Of a stretch of 64,000 bases of DNA, positions 48,371-56,661 are shown piece by piece (positions within the stretch are counted from its first letter, which is position 1; each line of letters opens with the position of its first letter). Origin of the DNA: a virus; the IMG/VR virus record IMGVR_UViG_3300042330_000875, positions 64,001-128,000 of that record; one strand, given 5' to 3'. The notes beneath the pieces were generated by a model. It had not been told where the DNA came from. It did not search any database and saw nothing but the letters and a program-made list of their open reading frames with translations. A program made the position numbers and the translations under genes.

Positions 48371-48799
48371 ATGATTATTGAACAAATTAAAAATCAAGCT
48401 TTAGTTTTACGCAAAGAAAAAAATCGTTTAGGCGCAACATTAATGACTTTACTAAATGACATTAATATGATTGGAAAAAACGCAATTCCACCAAGAGAAA
48501 GCACTGATGAAGAAGCAGTTCGCGTAATTCGCAAAGCCATCCAAATTCAAGAAGAAAATTTAAAATTAGTTTCCGTTGATAAGAAAGCATCAATTGAAGA
48601 AGAAATTTCATTATTTCAAACATTTTTACCAAAACAATTAACTGTTGAACAATTACGTGAAATTATTGTTAATTTTATTGAAAAAGAAAATTTAGAAAAA
48701 TCACCTAAATCAATTGGGGTTATTATGAAAATGTTGAATAAAGATTATCTTGGTAGTTTTGAACCTAAAACGGCAAATGAAATTATTAAGTCATTATAA
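48371..48799 (+). CDS. GatB/YqeY-domain protein
   Basis: TDEEAVRVIRK, FLPKQL, IGVIMKML. Confidence 0.85.
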   Translation: MIIEQIKNQALVLRKEKNRLGATLMTLLNDINMIGKNAIPPRESTDEEAVRVIRKAIQIQEENLKLVSVDKKASIEEEISLFQTFLPKQLTVEQLREIIVNFIEKENLEKSPKSIGVIMKMLNKDYLGSFEPKTANEIIKSL

Positions 48800-49125
48800 T
48801 GTATGTTTATTATATTGATGGGAAGAAATTTATAACTGAATATAATAGTGTAATTCCTTGGTTAGAAATTTATTCACCTGATGAAAATACACCTGCTTAT
48901 GAAGATTTAGAATATGGGTATAAGTGTTGGTATCAAAACGGTAAAAGACATCGATTGACTGGACCCGCAAGAATGTGGTCGGCTGGAAAAAAAGAATTTT
49001 GGTTAAATGATAAACATTATGAAAAGGTTCATAATTGGTTGAAAGATCACCCAAATCCCGATCTTTATTTTGATGCAATTGGTTTAAATGAAACTGAAAG
49101 AGTTTTGTGGTTTTTGCAAAATTAA
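48799..49125 (+). CDS. HRLTGPA-family paralog copy 13 (tail A)
   Basis: TAATG coupling; ends NETERVLWFLQN. Confidence 0.9.
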   Translation: MYVYYIDGKKFITEYNSVIPWLEIYSPDENTPAYEDLEYGYKCWYQNGKRHRLTGPARMWSAGKKEFWLNDKHYEKVHNWLKDHPNPDLYFDAIGLNETERVLWFLQN

Positions 49126-49128
49126 TAC

Positions 49129-49157
49129 TTGACAGAAATCAAAAAAATTTCTATATT
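49129..49157 (+). promoter_or_regulatory. Sigma70-type promoter of the AAAATTTCT class
   Basis: TTGACA-17-TATATT then TTTATCAAGACGAG. Confidence 0.8.
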
Positions 49158-49205
49158 AGATTTATCAAGACGAGAAAGTCTCAATTGAACAAAGGAGAAA
49201 AAATT

Positions 49206-49389
49206 ATGAGCACGCAAAATAATGATTTTATTGATGGCGCAGTGGCTTGTAAAAGCGTAATTGTCGATCTTATTTGGAAACAAATGGAAACAAATGGAAA
49301 CCGATGATAATCCCAATTTGCTACGTTTAGTTCGTTTAGTTGAAAATTTTAACGTTAATGAATTGCATAATGAAATATCATCATTCTAA
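49206..49389 (+). pseudogene. Small gene frameshifted by 10-bp tandem duplication
   Basis: TGGAAACAAA repeated at 49275-49301; removing one unit restores the frame to TAA at 49387. Confidence 0.6.
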
Positions 49390-49394
49390 TAAAT

Positions 49395-49424
49395 AAAAGG
49401 GGGAGAATTAATTCTCCCCTTTTT
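49395..49424. terminator. Bidirectional palindromic terminator
   Basis: AAAAGGGGGAGAATT|AATTCTCCCCTTTTT. Confidence 0.8.
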
Positions 49425-50192
49425 CTATCCAATTACAAATCCATATCCTTCATTTTGATCAACAATAGCATGTAATTGCGCTTCTAAACGCTCTTGTGCG
49501 GCAAATCCTTCACTTTTTAAACTATCACCATTTAATGTTATTCCGCCTTGTGGACCAGCTAAAGATTGAAATTTACTTCTAGCTTCCCCAATTATAACTT
49601 TTAATGTAGCAACCGCATAATCTCTCAACCAAGAACGAGCATAAACATCTTGAAATAAAATTTCATCTGGTTTTTGACCAAATGCCCATATTAAAATATT
49701 TTCATTTGCTAAAAATTTTCTGTCTAAACTCAATATATGAGTATTATGGTCCCAGCGATAAACAACTTCTTTCCCAAATAATCTACCAACTAATTCTTGA
49801 TACTGCATTGCATAATCATAAGTTGCCAATGTACCAGTTCCGCCAGTTCCCATTGCGCCAGGATTGCTTGTCATATAAATGTTATTGGTCCAAGCTAAAC
49901 TAAATGGATCAGTTGCACTTGCACCACCTGCACTACCAGCACCACGACGATAAACTTGACGAATTAATTGGATAGAATTATCCAATTGATAATCATATTG
50001 TTCTCGTTGTATTTCTAAATTAATATAAACATCTTGCATTGAATTATTACTTCTTTGACGATATTTGTCAATTGTTACAACCGTTGCTAATTCTAAATGT
50101 TCAGGATCAGCTTCTAAATCAATCATACCCAAACCCAACATAAGTTGAATTTCTTTTTTAAAGTTATTTCTATTTGGTTGCATTATTATCAC
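49425..50192 (-). CDS. Neck protein (T4 gp13-like)
   Basis: WLRDYAVA..IGEARSKF..GPQGGITLNG..FVIG. Confidence 0.85.
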   Translation of the reverse strand: MIIMQPNRNNFKKEIQLMLGLGMIDLEADPEHLELATVVTIDKYRQRSNNSMQDVYINLEIQREQYDYQLDNSIQLIRQVYRRGAGSAGGASATDPFSLAWTNNIYMTSNPGAMGTGGTGTLATYDYAMQYQELVGRLFGKEVVYRWDHNTHILSLDRKFLANENILIWAFGQKPDEILFQDVYARSWLRDYAVATLKVIIGEARSKFQSLAGPQGGITLNGDSLKSEGFAAQERLEAQLHAIVDQNEGYGFVIG

Positions 50193-51120
50193 CTATAAAT
50201 TGACGTTCAAAAACTCTTTTACCACAATATTTTTGGCAAATTTTGCTAATTGAAAATTGTTCTTGAATTTTTTTAAAAACATTTCCATTTACAATTTGTT
50301 CAATAGAATTATTTTCTACATTTAATTCTTGTAATTCTTCATTGGAAAAAGAAAATCTTTTGTCTAAACTTAATCCCATCCAACAACAAGGAAAAATTCT
50401 ATTCCAACTGTCAAGATATAATTCTTGTTTTTCTAAACTTTGGCAACTAAATTCTCGTTCTTTAAAATTATTTGGTAATTCAATTGTTGGTAATTCTAAA
50501 TAGCCAATTGTATTTTTTTCATTATCAAAAATAGGAAATTTATCTTCTGAAAATCTATGAGTATTTTTAACAACGAATTTTTTAAATCCTAAGTCAATGG
50601 ATAAATTTCTTGCTGATTCAATTTGATGTTGATTATGTTTAAAAACAATAAACGCCCATCTTGCTTCGCAATTGTTTTTTATAACAGTTTTTGCGTTTTC
50701 TATTACTTTATCAAAGTCGCAATTTCTTCTGTAAATTGGCAAGGTATCTTTTAATCCATCAATTCCAAAAATAACAGCGCCACGATTTCCAATTGATTGT
50801 GCCAAATCTTCCCACCAATTTTCATTTCTAATCGACCCATTGGTATGAATACCAATCCAACAATTGGGAAATAATTCTCTTGTTATTTTTATTTGTTCAA
50901 TTAAATGAGGGTTAGCAATTGGATCGCCATAATTACCACAAAAAGTAATTGTTTCTAACTGCATTTGACTAATAGTTTTTTTAAAAATATCAAATGATAA
51001 ATTACTTGGAATTAATTTATCATTTATTGGTCCGCCATTTTGATTTCTTCCACATTGAACACAACTAGCATTGCAAAAACTACTTGTTTCAACATGAAGT
51101 GATTTAATATTATTCCACAT
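50170..51120 (-). CDS. Radical SAM protein with SPASM/twitch-like C-terminus
   Basis: CNASCVQC, GNYGDP, HTNG, FGIDG, PCC; likely start MWNNIK. Confidence 0.85.
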   Translation of the reverse strand: MWNNIKSLHVETSSFCNASCVQCGRNQNGGPINDKLIPSNLSFDIFKKTISQMQLETITFCGNYGDPIANPHLIEQIKITRELFPNCWIGIHTNGSIRNENWWEDLAQSIGNRGAVIFGIDGLKDTLPIYRRNCDFDKVIENAKTVIKNNCEARWAFIVFKHNQHQIESARNLSIDLGFKKFVVKNTHRFSEDKFPIFDNEKNTIGYLELPTIELPNNFKEREFSCQSLEKQELYLDSWNRIFPCCWMGLSLDKRFSFSNEELQELNVENNSIEQIVNGNVFKKIQEQFSISKICQKYCGKRVFERQFIGDNNATK

Positions 51121-51137
51121 GTTATTATTTAAATGTC

Positions 51138-51166
51138 TTGACAAATTATAAAAAATTTTCTATATT
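51138..51166 (+). promoter_or_regulatory. Sigma70-type promoter of the AAAATTTTCT class
   Basis: TTGACA-17-TATATT. Confidence 0.8.
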
Positions 51167-51192
51167 AAGCTTGTTATATAAGGAGATTTAAT

Positions 51193-51615
51193 ATGTCTAA
51201 GAAAAATAAGAAAGAAGTATTGTTGCCATTAACAACGCAACAAGAAATTCTTTTAGATAATCTACAAAATTCTAAATATCTTCGTTTGGATACACAAGAA
51301 GATATTGAAAATTTTTATGTATTAGTTAGTCATAAGTTAGCTTATACTGATTATACAGAATCAAAAGTTTTTCCTGATAAAGTTTGTCGTATTTCTGCGG
51401 TAGTAGCAAAATCAGTTTATGCTCCTAAATCTGTACCAGAAATAAAGCCTTTTAGGTATCCAGTTGGGACAAAAGTTAAAACTAAACGTCATCGACATGG
51501 ATATGAAGAAATTTATGGAGTAATTTGTTATTTTGATAATTCAGGTTATGGTATCAGAGACAAAGATAATAATATCTATGAATGTAAACATAAAGATTTA
51601 ATTATTCTTGAATAA
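51193..51615 (+). CDS. Hypothetical protein, SH3-like C-terminus possible
   Basis: AGGAG RBS; YPVGTKVK..GVI..YGI. Confidence 0.65.
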   Translation: MSKKNKKEVLLPLTTQQEILLDNLQNSKYLRLDTQEDIENFYVLVSHKLAYTDYTESKVFPDKVCRISAVVAKSVYAPKSVPEIKPFRYPVGTKVKTKRHRHGYEEIYGVICYFDNSGYGIRDKDNNIYECKHKDLIILE

Positions 51616-51643
51616 TTACATTAATGTTAGAAAGAATTTTACA

Positions 51644-51859
51644 ATGAAACATGCAATGACATTGCAAGAAGCACAAAATATTTGTTTCAAGAATGGATAT
51701 TATGGTTCGTATTATGGTTCTGGTTATACGTTTCGTAATGCAATTGAAAATTATTGCAAACAAAAATTATTGCGCGATAGTAATAATGAATTAGAAAAAG
51801 CTATTTTTCGTATTAAACAAGAGATTAGTAATCCAAAGAGTAAATTCGGTAAAAAATAA
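51644..51859 (+). CDS. Small hypothetical protein
   Basis: ORF; start uncertain. Confidence 0.5.
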   Translation: MKHAMTLQEAQNICFKNGYYGSYYGSGYTFRNAIENYCKQKLLRDSNNELEKAIFRIKQEISNPKSKFGKK

Positions 51860-51914
51860 AAAACTATTTAGGTAAACGGTTGACATAAAGACAAATTTTA
51901 AGTAAGATGATAAT

Positions 51915-52292
51915 ATGAATAAATTTATACAAAAAATAAAATCATTTTTTATTAAACAAAAAAGATATATTTATTACGTAGATGGTGAAAAATTTACAAC
52001 TAATAAAATCACTACAATTCCTTGGTTTAAACATTCTTCACCTAATGAAAACACGCCTGCTTTTGAGGATTTAAAAACTGGTCATAAACATTGGTGTTTA
52101 GAAGGACATATTCTTCATCGCTTAACAGGCCCTGTTTCCATTTTATCAGATGGAACTAAAACATTTTATGTAAATGGTAAAACATATGACAATGTTCAAG
52201 ATTGGTTAAAAGATCATCCAAATCCAGATTTATACTTCGATGCAATTGGGATGAATGAAACCGATAGAGTTTTATGGTTTTTACAGAAATAA
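51915..52292 (+). CDS. HRLTGPA-family paralog copy 14 (tail A, N-terminal amphipathic extension)
   Basis: MNKFIQKIKSFF extension; ends NETDRVLWFLQK. Confidence 0.9.
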   Translation: MNKFIQKIKSFFIKQKRYIYYVDGEKFTTNKITTIPWFKHSSPNENTPAFEDLKTGHKHWCLEGHILHRLTGPVSILSDGTKTFYVNGKTYDNVQDWLKDHPNPDLYFDAIGMNETDRVLWFLQK

Positions 52293-52296
52293 AAAA

Positions 52297-52605
52297 ATGA
52301 AATATATTTATTATATTGATGGTGAAAAGTTTCTAACTGATATTAGAAAACTAATCCCTTGGGATGTTATTTCATCACCAAATGAAAATACGCCCGCTTA
52401 TGAAGATATTAATACTGGAAGTAAGGCTTGGTGTGAAAAAGGACAAATTTTACATCGATTAACTGGACCTGCTAGAATTATGGTTGATGGAACTTGTCAA
52501 TTTTATTTAAATGGAAAATATTATGAAAATATACATGATTGGTTGAAAGATCATCCAAATCAAGATAATACCTTTCAAGTTGAAATGTTATTAAAATATT
52601 CTTAA
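52297..52605 (+). CDS. HRLTGPA-family paralog copy 15 (tail B)
   Basis: Start MKYIYYIDG; ends HPNQDNTFQVEMLLKYS. Confidence 0.9.
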   Translation: MKYIYYIDGEKFLTDIRKLIPWDVISSPNENTPAYEDINTGSKAWCEKGQILHRLTGPARIMVDGTCQFYLNGKYYENIHDWLKDHPNQDNTFQVEMLLKYS

Positions 52606-52615
52606 TAAATACAAT

Positions 52616-52867
52616 ATGTTTTACGAAGTAATTTTTCATCCAACTCAAATTGAACTAAAATCAATTTCTCCAACTGATTTTTATTTTTATCCTTATGCAT
52701 TATTCAATATAACGCATCAAAAACATTTAATAAATCAATATAGAAAAATCGATTATGATTTAAGTTTTCTTAATCAATCAATTTCTTTATGGTTTTCTAA
52801 AAAAGGCAATTCAGTAATTTATTGGTTAAATCCAACTGATGAAGTTTTATGGAAATTAAAAAATTGA
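52616..52867 (+). CDS. Hypothetical protein with C-terminal tag
   Basis: Ends WLNPTDEVLWKLKN. Confidence 0.7.
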   Translation: MFYEVIFHPTQIELKSISPTDFYFYPYALFNITHQKHLINQYRKIDYDLSFLNQSISLWFSKKGNSVIYWLNPTDEVLWKLKN

Positions 52868-52919
52868 TTTTAACATAACTTTTAGTTATTATTAAGAAAA
52901 ATTGAAGGTAACAAATCAA

Positions 52920-54215
52920 ATGAAATTATTTATAGGATTACTTATAATATTAATGAGCGTAATTATCAGTGGAGTTGCAGCTTATTTTAGTGTTTATGGA
53001 TTAATGGCTTTATTTGCCGCTGCTGCAATTCCAGTAGCAATCATGGGTGTTGTATTAGAAGCAGGTAAATTATTAATGGCTGCGGTTTTACATGCCAATT
53101 GGAAAAACCCTAAATTCAAATGGCCGTTGAAAAGTTTTATTGGTTTATGTATTGGATTATTGATGATTATCAATGCTTTAGGTGTTTATGGTTATTTGTC
53201 AAGAGGGCATTTAGAGCAAGAAGCACCAAAAGCTGGTATTGAATTACAAATTTCACAATTAGAAACACAAAAAAATAATATAGTAGAAGACAATAAAAGA
53301 TTAAATGATAAAATTGCTTTACTTGATAAATCAATTGAAACTTTTTTGAAAAATGATAAAGCAACTCAAGGTGAAGCGGCAAGAACAAAACAAAAAATCG
53401 AACGTGAACAATTAGAAAAATCAATTCAAGCGAATAATGAAAAAATTAATAAAATAAATGATGAAATTTTACCATTTAAACAAAAAAATGCTGATGTTGA
53501 GGCTAAATTAGGACCAGTAAAATATGTTTCTAAATTATTTGGTGTTGAACCTGAATATGCAGTTATAATAATAATTGTATTATTAATTGTTGCTTTTGAT
53601 CCATTTGCAATAGCAATGGTGATAGCAGGCAGTATTAAATTAGAAGAATATTTTGAAGATAAAAAGAAAAAAGTTTCAAAACAAGAAATTAATCAATTTG
53701 AACAAACAATCGACAGTTTAAAATTATCATTAGAAGATAAAAATAATGAAATTAAAACATTAACTGATAATTTAAATGAAATAAAAGAAGAAAAAATAAA
53801 ATATTCTGATTTATTAAATCATCGTTCAATTGAAATTAGTGAATTGCAAGATAAAATAAAAGAATATGATAAAAATGTCGATGTTTTTTCTCAAGAATTT
53901 AATGATAAAGAAAGTTTAAATGAAAAAATAGAAAATTATTCTAATGAAATCAATACATTAAAAAATAATATTAACGATTTAGATAAAATTATTTTAGATA
54001 AAGATGAACAGATAGAAAAATTAGAAGATCAAGTTAATAGAATGAATTCAGTAACATTATTGCAAGAATTGCAATCAATGGATGCGTCATTAAGAAAGGA
54101 ACAAATCATTCAGATATTAGAAAATAATCCAACTGTTGTAGAAGAAATAGTTAACATTGCCAAAGAAATACAATTAACTCCCGGTGGTGATAGAATTAGT
54201 AAAGGAAAAATTTAA
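52920..54215 (+). CDS. Membrane protein with coiled coils
   Basis: 3 N-terminal TMs (SGVAAYFSVYGL, LEAGKL, GVYGYLS), AFDPFA TM, long coiled coils. Confidence 0.75.
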   Translation: MKLFIGLLIILMSVIISGVAAYFSVYGLMALFAAAAIPVAIMGVVLEAGKLLMAAVLHANWKNPKFKWPLKSFIGLCIGLLMIINALGVYGYLSRGHLEQEAPKAGIELQISQLETQKNNIVEDNKRLNDKIALLDKSIETFLKNDKATQGEAARTKQKIEREQLEKSIQANNEKINKINDEILPFKQKNADVEAKLGPVKYVSKLFGVEPEYAVIIIIVLLIVAFDPFAIAMVIAGSIKLEEYFEDKKKKVSKQEINQFEQTIDSLKLSLEDKNNEIKTLTDNLNEIKEEKIKYSDLLNHRSIEISELQDKIKEYDKNVDVFSQEFNDKESLNEKIENYSNEINTLKNNINDLDKIILDKDEQIEKLEDQVNRMNSVTLLQELQSMDASLRKEQIIQILENNPTVVEEIVNIAKEIQLTPGGDRISKGKI

Positions 54216-55459
54216 TGTCAACAATTCAATGTTTTTTATGTGGTAAAATACAAAATGATAATAAAGAAATATTTGTTTGTAACGAATCATCTGAAAGTCC
54301 AGTATATATATGCGAAACATGTGTAACAACGGCCAATCAAGCAATTCAAGCATCAAAAGAAACCAAACACGAAAATAAGCAAGAAATTAGTGAACAAACC
54401 GATGAAATCGATGAATTAGAAGAAGATGATTTTCCTTATCCAAATGAAATTAAAGAATTTTTAGATGAATATGTTTGTGGACAAGAAGAAGCTAAAAAAA
54501 CCTTATCAGTTGCTTTATTCAATCATCACAATAGAATTCGATCTTTAATGATGGGCCAAGAAACAGAAATTGAGAAATCAAATGTATTATTATTAGGCCC
54601 AAGTGGTTCAGGAAAAACTTATTTGTTAAAAACATTATCTCGTATGTTGGATTTGCCTTTTGTTCATGTTGATGCTACTTCATTTACCGAAGCTGGTTAT
54701 GTAGGTGAAGATGTAGAAAGTATCATTAATAAACTTTATCAAGAAGCAGGTGGTGATGCTGGATTAGCATCTTTAGGTATTGTTTATATTGATGAAATTG
54801 ATAAAAAAGCAAAAAAATCATCTGATAATATTGTTTCAAAAGATATTGGTGGTGAAGGTGTTCAACAATCATTATTGAAATTAATTGAAGGAACTGCTGT
54901 AAACGTTCACATGGGTAAAGGAAAAATGCCTCAAGGACCACAAGCGGTTGTACATACTGATAATATATTATTTGTATTTGGTGGTGCATTTGTTGGGTTA
55001 AAGAAAATTATTGAACGTAGAATTAATAAAGGTAATATTGGTTTTAACCAAACTAAAGAAGAAATAACAACCGATAAAATTCAAATTGAAGATTTATATA
55101 CTTTTGGATTAATACCAGAATTAGTCGGAAGAATTCCGGTTATTGCTGAATTAAAAGCATTAAATGAAAGTGAATTAAAAAATATTTTAACTAAACCAAA
55201 AAATTGTTTAGTTGATCAATATAAAGCTATCTTTGAAATTCACGATTTAAAATTAAAATTTACTGATAATGCATTAACTTTAATTGCAAAAGAAGCAATT
55301 AAAACAAACACAGGGGCTAGAAGTTTACGTAGAATTATGGAAAAAATTTTAGAACCTATTTTATATGATTTACAAAACATTGTTGACAAAGGCTTTAAAA
55401 CTGTTATAGTCAACGAAGAAACAATTACAAACTTTAAACCTATTTTAAAACGGAGATAA
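54215..55459 (+). CDS. clpX: ClpX AAA+ unfoldase
   Basis: C4 Zn domain, KSNVLLLGPSGSGKT, TEAGYVGEDVE, DEIDK, GEGVQQSLLK, IGF loop. Confidence 0.95.
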   Translation: MSTIQCFLCGKIQNDNKEIFVCNESSESPVYICETCVTTANQAIQASKETKHENKQEISEQTDEIDELEEDDFPYPNEIKEFLDEYVCGQEEAKKTLSVALFNHHNRIRSLMMGQETEIEKSNVLLLGPSGSGKTYLLKTLSRMLDLPFVHVDATSFTEAGYVGEDVESIINKLYQEAGGDAGLASLGIVYIDEIDKKAKKSSDNIVSKDIGGEGVQQSLLKLIEGTAVNVHMGKGKMPQGPQAVVHTDNILFVFGGAFVGLKKIIERRINKGNIGFNQTKEEITTDKIQIEDLYTFGLIPELVGRIPVIAELKALNESELKNILTKPKNCLVDQYKAIFEIHDLKLKFTDNALTLIAKEAIKTNTGARSLRRIMEKILEPILYDLQNIVDKGFKTVIVNEETITNFKPILKRR

Positions 55460-55460
55460 C

Positions 55461-55979
55461 TTGAGTAAAATTATTAATGAAGATATTCGTTCCTATCGTG
55501 TGCTTTTAATTGACGAAAATGGAACTAAACTTGGTGAATTTAATCGTAATGCTGCAATCCAAATGGCTTATGAAAAAAATTTAGATTTAGTTCAAATTTC
55601 AATTGGACCAAACGAAATTCCAGTAACAAAAATGCTTGATGCTGGAAAGTATTTTTATGAAAAAGAAAAAACTTTTAAAGCACAACGATCAGCACAACGC
55701 GCAAAAGAAATTCAATTAAAAGAAATTCAATTGCGTCCTGTAACTGATACTGGTGATTTAAATGTCAAAGCCAATCGCACAAAAGAATTTCTATCAGTTG
55801 GAGATTTAGTTAAAATTGTCATGCGTTTTAAAGGGCGTGAACAAAGTAATAAAGCAGTTGGCTTCGATACAATGCAAGAATTTATCGATTTGATTCCCAA
55901 TAATCTTTATACAGTTGAACAACAATTACAAGATTCAGGAAAACAAATTATTGTTGTATTAAAAGGCATCAAACAATAA
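55461..55979 (+). CDS. infC: Translation initiation factor IF3
   Basis: INEDIR..VLLIDENG, LDLVQI, LKEIQLRP, MRFKGRE; TTG start. Confidence 0.92.
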   Translation: MSKIINEDIRSYRVLLIDENGTKLGEFNRNAAIQMAYEKNLDLVQISIGPNEIPVTKMLDAGKYFYEKEKTFKAQRSAQRAKEIQLKEIQLRPVTDTGDLNVKANRTKEFLSVGDLVKIVMRFKGREQSNKAVGFDTMQEFIDLIPNNLYTVEQQLQDSGKQIIVVLKGIKQ

Positions 55980-56315
55980 TTGGCTTATATTTATTATGTT
56001 GATGGTGAAAAATTTACAACCGATGATTACGATGAAGTTCCTAAGTATGATGTTTCTTCACCTGATGAAAATACGCCAGCTTATGAAAGTTTAGAAATTG
56101 GAACAAAAGTTTGGTGTAAAAAAGGTTGGCGTTTGTATAGATTAATTGGTCCCGCCGTTGTTTATATAAATGGTGATTATAATTTTTGGTTAGATGGAAA
56201 ATATTATGGAAAAGATATCAATGCTTGGTTAAAAAATCATCCAAATCCAGATATTTATTTCGATGCAATTGGTTTAAGTGAAACCGAACGAGTTTTGTGG
56301 TTTTTGCAAAATTAA
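55980..56315 (+). CDS. HRLTGPA-family paralog copy 16 (tail A)
   Basis: TTG start directly after infC stop; ends SETERVLWFLQN. Confidence 0.9.
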   Translation: MAYIYYVDGEKFTTDDYDEVPKYDVSSPDENTPAYESLEIGTKVWCKKGWRLYRLIGPAVVYINGDYNFWLDGKYYGKDINAWLKNHPNPDIYFDAIGLSETERVLWFLQN

Positions 56316-56318
56316 TCA

Positions 56319-56347
56319 TTGACAAAAATCAGAAAATTTTCTATATT
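56319..56347 (+). promoter_or_regulatory. Sigma70-type promoter with AGAAAATTTTCT palindrome
   Basis: TTGACA-17-TATATT. Confidence 0.85.
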
Positions 56348-56381
56348 AGTTTATCAAATAATGTAAACAAGGAGAATGTTT

Positions 56382-56573
56382 ATGGATGACTCAACATTTA
56401 AAAATATTTTTCAGAAAATTAACGATTATTTAGATGGTTATCCATTTCATAAAAAACTGCGTTTGCTTCAATTAATTTTAGATAATAATGGCAAATTATC
56501 GGAAAATGATAGCTTATTATTCTCCGATCTTTCTAATGAGCAAATCTCATACATAGAAAATTTAATTGAATAA
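56382..56573 (+). CDS. Small hypothetical protein
   Basis: AAGGAG RBS; terminator at 56576-56605. Confidence 0.65.
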   Translation: MDDSTFKNIFQKINDYLDGYPFHKKLRLLQLILDNNGKLSENDSLLFSDLSNEQISYIENLIE

Positions 56574-56661
56574 CTAAAGAGGGGAATTAAATTCCTCTCT
56601 TTTTTCTTGCGTTTTATATAAACTATGTTAAACTCTTATTATTAACAAAGGAGTTTAAACA

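Noticed and set aside
51698-51728. 12-bp tandem repeat (TATTATGGTTC)
   Set aside because: In-frame coding repeat (GYYGSYYGSGY) with no sign of a switch
939-56315. Diversity-generating retroelement as the source of paralog variation
   Set aside because: No reverse transcriptase or near-identical TR/VR pair in the window; differences include indels and are not visibly adenine-restricted. An RT elsewhere in the genome cannot be excluded.
939-56315. HRLTGPA copies as IS/MITE elements
   Set aside because: No terminal inverted repeats, target duplications or transposase motifs seen around the copies
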